A stretch of 64,000 nt of DNA from Betaproteobacteria bacterium (GTDB taxonomy: Bacteria > Pseudomonadota > Gammaproteobacteria > Burkholderiales > Casimicrobiaceae), in the NCBI GenBank assembly GCA_029884335.1, contig JAOUIA010000002.1:34474-98473 (forward strand), read 5' to 3'. Numbering within the stretch: position 1 is the first letter of the stretch; each line of letters begins with the position of its first letter. Below are positions 9,464 through 20,400 of this stretch, piece after piece. The position numbers and the translations under genes are program-made. Under the pieces are notes generated by a model. The model ran no database searches and was not told the origin of the DNA. It saw only the letters and a list, made by a program, of their open reading frames with translations.

Positions 9464-9484
9464 CTTTCGCCGCCGCGAGGCCGG

Positions 9485-10657
9485 CTACCGGTACGGATCC
9501 GCAGCGTCGCGCAGGCCGTCGCCGAAGAAGTTGAACGCCAGGATGATGACGATCACCGGCACCACCGGCAGCATGAGCCACGGGTAGAGCGCGACGACGT
9601 TGACGTTCTGCGCCTCGTTGAGCAGCACGCCCCAGCTGGTGATGGGCGGACGCAGCCCGATGCCGAGGAACGAGAGCGCCGTCTCGCCGAGGATCATGCC
9701 GGGGATCGACAGCGTCGCCGCGGCGATCAGGTGGCTCATGAATCCGGGCAGCAGGTGGCGCGCGATGATGCGCTTCGGCTTCGCGCCCATCAGGCGCGCC
9801 GCCGTCGTGTAGTCCTCCTCGCGCAGCGCGAGCAGCTTCGAGCGCACGGCGCGCGCGAGGTTCGTCCAGTGCAGCGTCGCGAGGATCATCGTGATGCCGA
9901 AGTAGATGAGCAGCGGGCTCCACGTGACCGGCAGCACCGCGGAGAGCGCCATCCACAGCGGCAGCTCGGGGAAGCTGCGGATCACCTCGATGACGCGCTG
10001 GATGAGGTTGTCGATCCAGCCGCCGTAGTAGCCGGCGATGCCGCCGAACACCAGGCCCAGCGTGAAGGCGAGCGCGATGCCGAGCAGCCCGATCGTGAGC
10101 GAGATGCGCGTGCCGTAGATCACGCGCGAGAGCACGTCGCGGCCGAGACGGTCGGTGCCGGCGAGGAACAGCGTGCCGCCCTCCGCGGGGCACGCGAGGT
10201 GCAGCGAGGCCTCGAACATCCCCCAGAACCTGTAGCTGTCGCCGCTGCAGAAGAAGCGCAGCGGGTACGGCTTCGAGGTGTCCTCCGTGTACTCGCGCCT
10301 CAGCGTCTCCATGTTGAGCGAGCGCACGAGGTCGTAGGTGAACGGGCCGACGAACTTCCCCTCGTGGAAGAAGCGCACCTGCTGCGGCGGCGCGTAGATG
10401 TAGTCGGTGTGGCGGCTGTGCAGGTAGTAGGGCGCCAGCACCTCGGAGACGAGCGTGGTGGCGTACATGAGCGCGAGGACGATCCCCGAGATCACCGCGA
10501 CCTTGTGGCGCCTGAGCTTCCACAGCATCAGCTTCCACTGGGAGGCGAGGTAGAACTTCTCCTGCTCCGCGGTGAGCGCGTCGCTGCCCGAGGGGTCGAA
10601 CGGCTCCTGGCTGACGAAGTGCGGCAGCGGGTCGGCGGCGGCGGCGGTCGCGTTCAT
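9485..10657 (-). CDS. ABC transporter permease (DppC/OppC type)
   Basis: GTDRLGRDVLSRVIYGTRISL; AARLMGA EAA loop; ETALSFLGIG. Confidence 0.92.
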   Translation of the reverse strand: MNATAAAADPLPHFVSQEPFDPSGSDALTAEQEKFYLASQWKLMLWKLRRHKVAVISGIVLALMYATTLVSEVLAPYYLHSRHTDYIYAPPQQVRFFHEGKFVGPFTYDLVRSLNMETLRREYTEDTSKPYPLRFFCSGDSYRFWGMFEASLHLACPAEGGTLFLAGTDRLGRDVLSRVIYGTRISLTIGLLGIALAFTLGLVFGGIAGYYGGWIDNLIQRVIEVIRSFPELPLWMALSAVLPVTWSPLLIYFGITMILATLHWTNLARAVRSKLLALREEDYTTAARLMGAKPKRIIARHLLPGFMSHLIAAATLSIPGMILGETALSFLGIGLRPPITSWGVLLNEAQNVNVVALYPWLMLPVVPVIVIILAFNFFGDGLRDAADPYR

Positions 10658-10666
10658 CGTCCCGTC

Positions 10667-11665
10667 CTACCTGGAGACGCCGCCCTCGAGGCGGATCCGC
10701 GGGTCGAGCGCGGCCAGCGCGAGGTCGGAGATCAGCACGCCGATCACGATCATGATCGCGAGGAACATCAGGAACGAGCCGGCGAGGTACATGTCCTGGC
10801 TCTTGAGCGCGGCGAGCAGCATCGGGCCGGTGGTGGGCAGTGACAGCACGACCGCCGTGATCTCCGCGCCCGAGATCACCTCCGGCAGCAGGCTGCCGAT
10901 GTCGGAGATGAAGAAGTTGAGCGAGAGCCGCAGCGGGTACTTGCGCAGCAGCCTGCCCGGCGGCAGGCCCTTCGCGCGGCCGGTCACCACGTACTGCTTC
11001 TGCAGCTCGTCGAGGAGGTTCGCGCGCATCTTCCGGATCATGCCGGCCGTGCCGCCGGTGCCGATCACGACCACCGGGATCCAGATGTGGTCGAGCACCG
11101 ACTTGAACTTCTCCCAGCTCCACGGCTTGTCGATGTACTCGGGGTCCATCAGGCCGCCGATCGACAGGCCGAACCAGACGTTGGCGAAGTACATCATCAC
11201 CAGCGCCAGCATGAAGTTCGGGATCGCGATGCCGAGGAAGCCGAGGAACGTGAGGCCGTAGTCGCCCCAGCTGTACTGGTGGGTGGCCGAGTACACGCCG
11301 ATCGGGAAGGCGATCGCCCAGGTGAACAGGATGGTGACGAACGACACCAGCACCGTCAGCAGCAGGCGGTCGCCGATCACCTGCGACACCGGCAGGTTGA
11401 ACTCGAACGAGTAGCCGAAGTCGCCGACGAACCAGCCGCCGATCCAGCGCAGGTACTGCTCCCACATCGGCTGGTCGAGGCCGTAGTGCTCGCGCAGGAA
11501 CGCGATCTTCTGCGGGTCGACGCTCTCGCCGGCCGCCTGCAGCTCGGCGATGTAGCTCTCGAGGTAGTCGCCGGGAGGCAGCTGGATGATGACGAAGACG
11601 ATGATGCTGATCGCGATCAGCGTCGGGATCATCAGCAGCAGGCGGCGGGCGATGTACCTCAGCAT
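10667..11665 (-). CDS. ABC transporter permease (DppB/OppB type)
   Basis: MLRYIARRLL, GDFGYS, YVVTGRAKGL and ISGAEIT motifs. Confidence 0.92.
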   Translation of the reverse strand: MLRYIARRLLLMIPTLIAISIIVFVIIQLPPGDYLESYIAELQAAGESVDPQKIAFLREHYGLDQPMWEQYLRWIGGWFVGDFGYSFEFNLPVSQVIGDRLLLTVLVSFVTILFTWAIAFPIGVYSATHQYSWGDYGLTFLGFLGIAIPNFMLALVMMYFANVWFGLSIGGLMDPEYIDKPWSWEKFKSVLDHIWIPVVVIGTGGTAGMIRKMRANLLDELQKQYVVTGRAKGLPPGRLLRKYPLRLSLNFFISDIGSLLPEVISGAEITAVVLSLPTTGPMLLAALKSQDMYLAGSFLMFLAIMIVIGVLISDLALAALDPRIRLEGGVSR

Positions 11666-11666
11666 T

Positions 11667-13577
11667 TCAGTTCGTCCCGCGGTCGATCCAGAACGTGTCG
11701 GGCCGGTGGATGCCGAAATAGGCGCCCGGATCCCAGTTGTACAGGCCCTTCGCCGGCACGTTGCGCATCGCGCGGCTCACCACCACCGGCTGCAGGTTGC
11801 CCGTCACCGTGCCGATGATGAACTGCTGCTCGGCGTGGATCGACAGCATGCGCTTCCAGATCTTCGTGCGCTCCGCGGAGTCGGGCGCCTTCTGCCAGCC
11901 TTCGTAGAGCGCGAGCAGCTCCTTCGCCTCGGGGATGTCCGGCGGCGAGCCGCCCTTGCCGCGGCTCTCCACGTGGTTGCCCCACATCGGCCACTGCAGC
12001 TGCTCCTGCTTCACCGGCGCGAGCGCCTCGGGGCTCATGTCGGCGGTGGCGAGCCCGTTGTCGAGCCCGGACCACACCGACATCATCGACTGCCCGGAGA
12101 ACACGCGCTTGCGGAAGATCTCGCGCTGCGACGGCCGCGAGTAGAGCGCGATGCCGACCTGCCGCCAGCTGTCGCGGATGAGCTCGAGCACGTCGGTCTC
12201 CTCGGTGCTCTCGCCGGCGGTGTCGACGACGATCTCGAGCGGCCGCCCGTCGGGCAGCAGCCGCAGGCCGTTCGCGTCGCGCGTGGTGAGGCCGATCTCG
12301 TCGAGCAGCGCGTTCGCCGCCTTGAGGTCGTAGCGCGTCCACGCCGCGCGGAACGCGGGCTCGTACAGCGGGCTTGCCGGCAGCACGGTGTTGTTCGACG
12401 GCTGCACGAGCCCGAAGAAGACCACCTGGTTGATCTCGTGCCGGTTGACGGCCAGCGAGAGCGCGCGGCGGAAGCGCACGTCGCGCATCAGCTTGCGCCA
12501 CGCCGGGTCCTCGACGTTGAGGTTCGGATGCAGCGCGATCTGCGAGCCCTTCACGGTGTCCCACAGGCGCACCTCGTACCCGCTGCGCTTCTCGTTCTTC
12601 TTGAGGAACGTGTAGTCGTCGAAGCGCAGGTAGCGCGCCTGGAGGTCGGCCTCGCCGGCGCCGGTCTTCGCCGGCACCAGCTTCTCGTCGGCGATGCCCA
12701 TCACGACGCGGTCGATGTAGGGCAGCTGGCGGCCCGAGGGGTCGACGCGGTGGAAGTACGGGTTGCGGTGGAAGACGAAGCGCGTGGCCGGCGGCGCCGT
12801 CATGTTGACCCAGGGCTCCAGCGTGGGGAGGTCGGGGTTGTCGAAGCGGTACTGCTCGTCCTTCTTGTGGTGCAGGCCCGCCCAGTTGCGCGCCTTGGCC
12901 TTCGCGGCTTGCGCCTTCGCCTCCTCCTCGCCGAGGTAACGCGCGTGGAACTTCCTGAGGTAGTGCGCGGGGCGATAGAGGAACAGCGGCGAGGGCCCGG
13001 CGATCGCCGGAAGGAACAGCGGATTGGGGCTCTCCCAGACGTAGCGGACGGTCAGCGGGTCCGGAAAGCTGACCTTCGGCCCCTTGCCGTCGGCGAGCAG
13101 CGCCTGCGGCAGGCCGATCGGCGAGAGCGCCTTGTTGTTGGCCACGTCCTCCCAGTAGTAGCGGAAGTCCTCGGAGGTGAACGGGTGGCCGTCGGACCAG
13201 CGGTGCCCCGGGCGCAGCCGGAACGTGAACTCGCGGTCGCCGGCGTTCTCGAAGCTCTCGACGATGTCGGGGACGAACTGCAGCTTGAGGTCGTAGGCGA
13301 CGAGCCGCGCGTAGCCGAACACGACCATCATGCGGATGTCGCGGTCGCGCGCCATCACCATGCGCATGTCGCCGCCGTAGCGGCCGCTCTCGCGCTTCAT
13401 CTCGCCGAGCGGGACGACGAGCGGCTTCTCCGGCAGGCGCTGCGCCATCGGCGGCAGCTTGCCCGCCGCCACCGCCTCCTTGAGCATCGGCGGTTCCTCG
13501 TTCGCCGACGCGAGCGGCGCGAACGCGAGGGCCGCGAACGCGAGCGCGGCGCAGAGGGCGCGTTGCGGCCGCCTCAT
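11667..13577 (-). CDS. ABC transporter substrate-binding protein, family 5
   Basis: Signal peptide; LPPMAQRLP, WSDGHPFTSEDF, NPYFHRVD..GRQLPYID and RFRRALSLAVNR motifs. ATG overlaps the ATPase stop (ATGA). Confidence 0.92.
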   Translation of the reverse strand: MRRPQRALCAALAFAALAFAPLASANEEPPMLKEAVAAGKLPPMAQRLPEKPLVVPLGEMKRESGRYGGDMRMVMARDRDIRMMVVFGYARLVAYDLKLQFVPDIVESFENAGDREFTFRLRPGHRWSDGHPFTSEDFRYYWEDVANNKALSPIGLPQALLADGKGPKVSFPDPLTVRYVWESPNPLFLPAIAGPSPLFLYRPAHYLRKFHARYLGEEEAKAQAAKAKARNWAGLHHKKDEQYRFDNPDLPTLEPWVNMTAPPATRFVFHRNPYFHRVDPSGRQLPYIDRVVMGIADEKLVPAKTGAGEADLQARYLRFDDYTFLKKNEKRSGYEVRLWDTVKGSQIALHPNLNVEDPAWRKLMRDVRFRRALSLAVNRHEINQVVFFGLVQPSNNTVLPASPLYEPAFRAAWTRYDLKAANALLDEIGLTTRDANGLRLLPDGRPLEIVVDTAGESTEETDVLELIRDSWRQVGIALYSRPSQREIFRKRVFSGQSMMSVWSGLDNGLATADMSPEALAPVKQEQLQWPMWGNHVESRGKGGSPPDIPEAKELLALYEGWQKAPDSAERTKIWKRMLSIHAEQQFIIGTVTGNLQPVVVSRAMRNVPAKGLYNWDPGAYFGIHRPDTFWIDRGTN

Positions 13578-15460
13578 GCCGTCACGCTCCGCGCGCGCAG
13601 GTCCGCGCCCACCTGCGCGCGCACGCGGTGCCCGCCGCCGAGGTCGTGCAGCACGCCGGCGTCGTCGCCCCGCCACGCGTAGGGCGCGCGCCACTCGGCC
13701 GGGTCGCGCGCGGCCCCCTCCATCACGGCGGCGAGGTCGAGCCGCCGCCCGAGGTCGGGGTAGGGCACTGCGGCAAGCAGGCCGCGCGTGTACGGATGCA
13801 GCGGCTCGCTGAACAGCACCTCGCGCGGCGCGATCTCGACGATGCGGCCCTTGCACATCACGGCGATCTCGTCGGCGAGGTAGTCGACCACCGCGAGGTT
13901 GTGCGAGATGAAGAGGTAGGTGAGCCCGAGCTCGGCCTTGAGGTCCTTGAGCAGGTTCATGATCTGCGCCTGGATCGAGACGTCCAGCGCGGAGACCGGC
14001 TCGTCGCACAGCAGCATGTCGGGCTTGAGCGCGAGCGCGCGGGCGATGCCGATGCGCTGGCGCTGGCCGCCGGAGAAGCTGTGCGGGTAGCGCGACAGGA
14101 AGCGCGGGTCGAGGCCGACCAGCCGCATCAGCTCCTTCACCATCTCCGCCTGGTAGTCGGCGTCGCCGACGCCGTGGATCACCAGCGGCTCGCGCAGGAT
14201 GTCGAACACGGTCATCCGCGGCGACAGCGAGCCCATCGGGTCCTGGAAGATGTACTGCACGCGGCGGCGGAAGCGCTGCAATTCCGCCTCGCCCGCCTGC
14301 GCGACGTCGAGCGGCTTCCCGCGGTCGTTGTACACGATGCGCCCGCGGTCGGGCGTGAGCGCGCGCATGATCATCTTGGAGAGCGTGGTCTTGCCGCAGC
14401 CGCTCTCGCCGACCAGCCCGAAGCACTCGCCGTGACGCACCTCGAAGCTCACGTCGGCCACTGCGCGGACCTTGTGCGTGCGGTGGCCGACCCACGCCGT
14501 GCTGCGCGTGGTGAACGTCTTGTCCACGCCCTCGACGGCGAGCTGCACCTGCGGCACGCCTTCCGGCCAGCCCTCGTAGGTGCGCAGCAACGGCCCCGTC
14601 TGGTGGTCGATCTCGCGCACCGGTTGCAGCCGCTCGCCCTCCTTCATGTCGAAGTGCGGCACCGCGCGCAGCAGCGCGCGCAGGTACGGGTGCCCGGGCG
14701 CCGTGTAGATGTCGCGCACCGGTCCCGCCTCCATCACGCGCCCGCGGTAGAGCACGACGACCTCGTCGGCGAGGTTCGCCACCACGCCGAGGTCGTGCGT
14801 GATCAGCAGCACCGCCATGTTGAGCCGTCCCTTCAGCTCGGCGAGCAGCTGGAGGATCTGCGCCTGGATGGTGACGTCGAGCGCGGTGGTCGGCTCGTCG
14901 GCGATCAGCAGCGACGGACGGCAGACGAGCGCCATCGCGATCATCGCGCGCTGCCGCAGGCCGCCCGACAGCTCGAACGGGTACATCTTCAGCGCCCGGG
15001 CCGGGTCGGGGAAGCCGACCAGGCGCAGCATCTCCTCGGTCTGGCGCAAGCCCTCGGCCTGGTCGACCTTGTGGTGCAGGAACAACCCCTCGCTCACCTG
15101 GTCGCCGACCGTGTGCACGGGCGAGAGCGAGAGCATGGGCTCCTGGAAGATCATCGACATGCGCCGGCCGCGCAGCGCGAGGTAGCCGGGGCCGTCCGGA
15201 TCGAGGCGGGCGAGGTCGATCGGCGCTTCGCCGGGCCTTTCGGCCGCAAGCAGCATGCTGCCGTTCGTGATTCGCGCGTTGTGCGGCAGGATGCCCATCA
15301 GCGCCTGCGCGGTCACCGACTTGCCCGAGCCGGACTCGCCCACGAGCGCGACCGTCGTGCCCGGCCGCACGCGGAAGGAGATGCGGTCGAGCGCCGGCAC
15401 GCGCATGCCGCGCACGTCGAATTCGAGCGACAGCTCGCGGACGTCGATCAGGTTGTTCAT
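13574..15460 (-). CDS. Fused dipeptide/oligopeptide ABC ATPase (DppD+DppF type)
   Basis: Two NBDs (GESGSGKS/LSGGLRQR and GESGCGKT/FSGGQRQR), each with an HPY C-terminal motif. Confidence 0.93.
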   Translation of the reverse strand: MNNLIDVRELSLEFDVRGMRVPALDRISFRVRPGTTVALVGESGSGKSVTAQALMGILPHNARITNGSMLLAAERPGEAPIDLARLDPDGPGYLALRGRRMSMIFQEPMLSLSPVHTVGDQVSEGLFLHHKVDQAEGLRQTEEMLRLVGFPDPARALKMYPFELSGGLRQRAMIAMALVCRPSLLIADEPTTALDVTIQAQILQLLAELKGRLNMAVLLITHDLGVVANLADEVVVLYRGRVMEAGPVRDIYTAPGHPYLRALLRAVPHFDMKEGERLQPVREIDHQTGPLLRTYEGWPEGVPQVQLAVEGVDKTFTTRSTAWVGHRTHKVRAVADVSFEVRHGECFGLVGESGCGKTTLSKMIMRALTPDRGRIVYNDRGKPLDVAQAGEAELQRFRRRVQYIFQDPMGSLSPRMTVFDILREPLVIHGVGDADYQAEMVKELMRLVGLDPRFLSRYPHSFSGGQRQRIGIARALALKPDMLLCDEPVSALDVSIQAQIMNLLKDLKAELGLTYLFISHNLAVVDYLADEIAVMCKGRIVEIAPREVLFSEPLHPYTRGLLAAVPYPDLGRRLDLAAVMEGAARDPAEWRAPYAWRGDDAGVLHDLGGGHRVRAQVGADLRARSVTA

Positions 15461-15551
15461 TCGTGGGAGCGCGCTGTTCCGCGAGGCGCCCCGCGGCGGA
15501 TCCGGCGTGCGGGACCCCCGCGACTCTAATCGGGCGGCCGGCTTTAGGGAA

Positions 15552-15581
15552 GGGGGCGGGCCGCGAAGAGGCCCCGCCCCC
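15552..15581. terminator. GC-rich hairpin, possible terminator or processing stem
   Basis: gggggcggg...cccgccccc stem in the intergenic space; no U-tract. Confidence 0.3.
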
Positions 15582-15602
15582 GACCTGTGGCCGCCCGGGG
15601 CG

Positions 15603-16577
15603 TCACTCGGCCGCCTGAATCCGGATCGACTGCGGAATCGTGAGGCCCAACGTGCTCGCCATGGCCTCGTTGAGGCCGAGCTCGAACTTCGCCGGCTGCT
15701 CGACCGGGAGCTTCGCCGGGTTCGCGCCGCGCAGGATCCGGTCGACGTAGCGCGCCGCCAGCGCGGGATACACGTCGCGGGCGGGGCCGTAGGTCAGCAA
15801 GGGACCGGCGTCGAGCAGGCGCTTGTTGCCCACCATGGCCAGCGGCAGCCTGTTTTCCGCGGCGAACCTGCCGATGGCCATGCGCTGGCTGGTGATCAGC
15901 GGCTCGGGAGGCGTCACCAGCGCGTCCGCGCGCATGCGCAGGATGGCGGCGAAGGCCCCCTCGAAGTCGGCGGCGGAGCTCACCTCGACGAACCTGAACT
16001 CGACCCTGAGTACGGGCGCGGCCTCGTTGAGCACGCGGGCCATCGGCTTGTAGCCATCGTTCTCCGGGCGCCCGAAGAACGCGACCGTGCGGATGCGGGG
16101 CGCCATTTCCTTGAGCAGCGCGACCGCCTTGCGCGCCGACTCGTCGGCGAGGAAGGCCGCGCCGGTGACGTTGCCGCCGGGCTCGGCGAGGCTGCGCACG
16201 ATCCCGTAGGCGACGGGATCGCCGACCGACACCATGACGATCGGGATCGTCGGCGTCGCCTTCATCAGTGCGCGCGTCGCAGGCGCGCTCTGCACCAGGA
16301 TCACGTCGGGCTTCAGGGCGACGAGCTCCGCAGCCATCGCCGGCAGCCGTTCGTACTGGCCGTCGGCGAACCGGGGCTCGAGCAGCGTGATGGCTCGTCC
16401 CTCCGGCCAGCCGAGCTTGTCGAGCTCGGCCATCAGCGGCCTCACCAGCGCGTCGACGCTGCTGCGGTCGAAAGCCGTCAGCAAGGCGATGCGGCGCGGG
16501 CCGCCGGCGGGTTGCGCGAGCGCCGCCCCGGCGGCGAGCGAGGTCGCGGCTGCGAGAAAGGAGCGTCTGTCGGGCAT
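15603..16577 (-). CDS. Orphan ABC-type substrate-binding protein (COG2984-like)
   Basis: RRSFL signal; LVALKPDVI, TPTIPIVM..GDPV..G, PGGNVTG and LPVEQPAKFEL motifs. Start re-called to 16577. Confidence 0.85.
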   Translation of the reverse strand: MPDRRSFLAAATSLAAGAALAQPAGGPRRIALLTAFDRSSVDALVRPLMAELDKLGWPEGRAITLLEPRFADGQYERLPAMAAELVALKPDVILVQSAPATRALMKATPTIPIVMVSVGDPVAYGIVRSLAEPGGNVTGAAFLADESARKAVALLKEMAPRIRTVAFFGRPENDGYKPMARVLNEAAPVLRVEFRFVEVSSAADFEGAFAAILRMRADALVTPPEPLITSQRMAIGRFAAENRLPLAMVGNKRLLDAGPLLTYGPARDVYPALAARYVDRILRGANPAKLPVEQPAKFELGLNEAMASTLGLTIPQSIRIQAAE

Positions 16578-16717
16578 GGGCTTCGGCGCCTCGCAGGTGT
16601 GCGCGGGCAGGGGCGCGTTGGGCAACCTACCACTACGGCGACCCGTCCGCCACCGGAGTCCGGGAGTCGTTCCGCAGCGCTTGCCTCCCGCCTGTCCGAC
16701 GTGATACATATACCCAT

Positions 16718-16963
16718 ATGAAGACAACCGTAGAGATTCCCGACGCGTTGCTGGAGGAGGCCCGCAAGCTCGCCGCGCGGCAGGACTCGACGCTGCGGGT
16801 GCTGATCATCGAGGGCCTGCGGCGCGTCGTCGCCGAGCGCAAGCGCGCCGGCGGCTTCAGGCTCCGCAAGGCGAGCTTCCGCGGCAGCGGCCTCCAGCCG
16901 GACGTCGCCGACGCTCCATGGGAGCGCATCCGCGAGCTGGCCTACGACAAGCGCGGCGGATGA
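16718..16963 (+). CDS. vapB: VapB-like antitoxin (DUF2191-like, RHH-type N-terminus)
   Basis: MKTTVEIPDALLEEARK N-terminus; stop overlaps the PIN toxin start. Confidence 0.8.
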   Translation: MKTTVEIPDALLEEARKLAARQDSTLRVLIIEGLRRVVAERKRAGGFRLRKASFRGSGLQPDVADAPWERIRELAYDKRGG

Positions 16964-17394
16964 TCGCGGTCGACACGAACCTGCTGGTCCATGCCCACCG
17001 CGAGGACTCGCCGTGGCACGAGCCCGCCGCGGCGCGCCTCGCCGAGCTGGCCGAGGCGCGCGAGCCGTGGGCGATCGCGTGGCCCTGCCTGCACGAGTTC
17101 CTCGCCATCGTGACGCACCCGCGGATCTACGCGCCGCCCACGCCGCTGCCTGCCGCGCTTGACCAGGTCGACGCGTGGCTGGAGTCGCCCAGCCTCACGC
17201 TGCTCGCCGAGGGCGAAGGCTATTGGCCGGAGCTGCGCGCCCTGCTGACCGACGGACGCATCGCGGGGCCGCAGGTGCACGACGCCCGCGTGGCGGGCCT
17301 GTGCCGGCTTCACGGCGTGCGCGAGCTGTGGAGCGCCGACCGCGACTTCAGCCGCTTCGGAACCCTGCGCGTGCGCAATCCGCTGGTCGCGTAG
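16960..17394 (+). CDS. vapC: VapC PIN-domain toxin
   Basis: MIAVDTNLLV, EFLAIVT, DARVA and WSADRDF PIN motifs; ATGA overlap with the antitoxin. Confidence 0.9.
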   Translation: MIAVDTNLLVHAHREDSPWHEPAAARLAELAEAREPWAIAWPCLHEFLAIVTHPRIYAPPTPLPAALDQVDAWLESPSLTLLAEGEGYWPELRALLTDGRIAGPQVHDARVAGLCRLHGVRELWSADRDFSRFGTLRVRNPLVA

Positions 17395-17409
17395 CGCGGC
17401 GCCTGCGGC

Positions 17410-20400
17410 TCAACGCCGCAGCGCGGCGTCGATCCGCGCCAGGGCGCGAGGGAAGCGCAGCGCGAGCGTGCGCTCGCGCACCGCGGCGAGCGCGGCGCGG
17501 CTCGCCTCGCCGGGTGCCCGGCGGTGCGCGGCGAGCGCCCGCCCCCGCAGGGCGTGGAAGCCCGACCACGGCAGCGGCTCCTCGGCGGCGTAGGCCTCGA
17601 GCGCATCGCAGTGGTGCAGCGCGAGCGCGGGGTCGTCGAGGTCGAGCGCGACGTCGATCGCGTCGGCGCGATACCAGAGGTGGCAGTGGCCGAGCGAGCC
17701 CCGCGCGAGCCACTGCTCGCCTTCCGCGAGGGCCCCTCGCGCCGCCTCGGGATCGCTCGCGACGCGCGCCTCGCCGCTGCAGAGCAGCGCGCCGATGAAG
17801 CCGCCGATGCGCGTCGCCTCCATGATCGCCCGCACCTCGGCCAGGCGCGCGCGGGCCTCCTCGGGATCGCCCGCCGCGATCGCGACCTCGGCGAGCACCC
17901 ACAGCAGGATCGCCTCGTAGCGCCGCGAGCCGACGCTGCGCGCGAGGTCGAGCCCCGCGCGCGCGCTGGCCGCCGCGCGCTCGTGCTCGCCGCGGTGCAG
18001 GCACACCATCGCCAGCGACTCCAGCGCGAAGACCTCGCCGTGCGGCAGTGCGAGCCGCCTGGTGATGCGGGCAGCCTCCTCGACGTCCGCGAGGGCCGCA
18101 TCCCACTCGCACAGGTAGGTGCTGCAGTGGCCGACCATGAGGAGGTTCGCGCTCTCGGTGCGCGGCAGCGAGTGCGCGCGCGCCAGCGCGACCGCCTCGG
18201 CAAAGCGCGCGCGGGCCGTGAGCATCCGCCCGGTCGCGTACGCCGAGTCGCCCAGCCCCGAGAGCGCGTTGGCCTCGTCGTGCGCGTCGCGCCCTTCGCG
18301 GGCCGCCGCCAGCGCCAGCTCATGCTCGCGGCGGCAGGCGTCCGCCTCGCCGCGCGCGAAGTGGATGTTGCCGCGCAGGTAGTGGATCACCGAGGCCTCG
18401 TGGCGCAGACCGCAGGCCTCGGCGAGCGGTTGCGCCTGCGCGAGCGTGCCGAGCGCCGCGTCGGGCGCGCCGGCGAGCCGGTGGCCGGAGGCCACGCCGA
18501 TCAGCGCGCGGCAGCGTTCCGCGTCGCCGGGGGCCTCCGCGGCGGCCGCCTCGAACGCCGCGATCGCCTCGGCGGTGCGGCCGGTGTCGCGCAGCTGCTC
18601 GGCGCGCAGCGTCGCGGCGGCGTGGCGCACGTCCGGCTCCTTCGCGAGCGCGATCGCGCGCTCGGCGAGCGCCAGCGCGTCGTCGAGGCGCAGCATGGCC
18701 GCCTGCTCGCGGGCCGCGGCGACGTAGGCCGCGGCGGCGCCGGCGTCTCCGGCGCGATCGAGGTGCTGCGCGCACAGCCGCGCGTCCCGGCCCGCGTACC
18801 AGAGGGCCGCTCGTGCGTGAAACTCGCGCTTGCGACTGTTCAGCAGCGACGCGTACGCGCCCTCGGCGACCAGCGCGTGCGCGAACAGGTACTCGTCGCC
18901 TTCCGGGCGCACGAGGAAGTGCCCGACCAGCGCGTCGCACGCGTAGTCGGGGACGCCGACGAGGTGGCGCAGCAGCGGCAGCCCGAAGCGCTGGCCGATC
19001 ACGGAGGCGGCCTGCACGGCGTCGCGGTCGCGCGGCGCCAGCCTGTCGATGCGCGACAGCACGAGGCTGCGCACCGAGCCCGGCACGGCGCCGCCCTCGC
19101 CGGCGTCGCGCAGGAGCTGCACGAGGAACAGCGGGTTGCCCTCCGCTCGCTGGATGCACTCGAGCACTCGGCGCTCGTCGCCCCCGACGAGCGCGTGGGC
19201 GAGCGCGATCGACTCCTCGGGGCGCAGGCGGTCGAGGTCGAGCGTGAGCTGCGGCAGCGAGCCGGCGGCGGCGCGCCAGCGCGCGTCGATCGGGTCGCCC
19301 TCGATGCGCGTGGTGGCGACGAGCAGCGCGGGCGACGCCGCGCAGGCACGCCCGAGCGCGGCGAGCCCCTCCAGCGTGAGCGCGTCCGCCCAGTGGAGGT
19401 CCTCGACGACGAGCAGCCGCGGCGTGTTCGCGGCCGCCGCGGCGACCAGGGCGTGCAGCGCCGCCTGCCTCGCGCGGCTGCGCGCGGCAGGCTCCATCGC
19501 CTCGTAGGTGGGCTTGCGGGCGGGAGGCAGCGGCAGCTCGCAAGAGTCGGCGAGCGCTGCTTCGTCGTCGGCCGCCACGCGCCCGTCGGCGAGCGCCGCG
19601 GCGAGCGCGCGCCGCCGCTCCTCGCTGTCGGCCCCCGGCGGGGCGCCCAGCAGCCCGGCTGCCAGCGCCGCGATCGCGCCGCGCCCGCGCGCGACGCCGA
19701 AGTCGAGCACCAGCGCGGCGTGGCACGCGAATCCCGCGGCGCGCGCGCGTTCGGCGCACGCCTCGACGAGCCGCGTCTTCCCGATGCCGGCCTCGCCGCG
19801 GATGAGCAGCAGCCGTCCGCTGCCCCGCGACTTGACCGAGGCGAGCGCGGCGTCGAACTGCCTCAGCTCGTCCTCGCGCCCGACGAGCGGCGGGGCGGCC
19901 AGGCGCTCCGGCCGCAGGCACAGCACGCGCCAGGCCTCGACGGGCGCGTCGAGGCCCTTCACCGCGAGCGCCCCGGCCGACTCGCCTTCGCTGAAGGACG
20001 CGACCGCGCGCCAGACCGGGCCGGCGACCAGCGTCTGGCCGCCCTTCGCCATGCCTTCGAGGCGCGAGGCGAGGTTCACGGCGTCGCCGGTGACGGTGTA
20101 GGCGGAGTGCGCGGCGCTGCCGGTTCCGGCGGCGACGACCTCGCCGCCGGCGATGCCGACGTGCGCCGCGAGCTTCGCGCCGAGCTCGTCGCCGAGGCGC
20201 TCGAGCGCCGCGTGGATCGCGCAGGCCGCGCGCACGGCGCGCTCGGCGTCGTTGTCGTGCGCCACCGGCGCGCCGAACACCGCCATCACGGCGTCGCCGA
20301 TGTGCTTGTCTATCGTGCCGCCGTGGCTCGCGACGATGCCGTCGACGACCTCGAAGTACCGGCCGAGCAGGCGGTGGACCTCCTCGGGGTCGAGCTGCGA

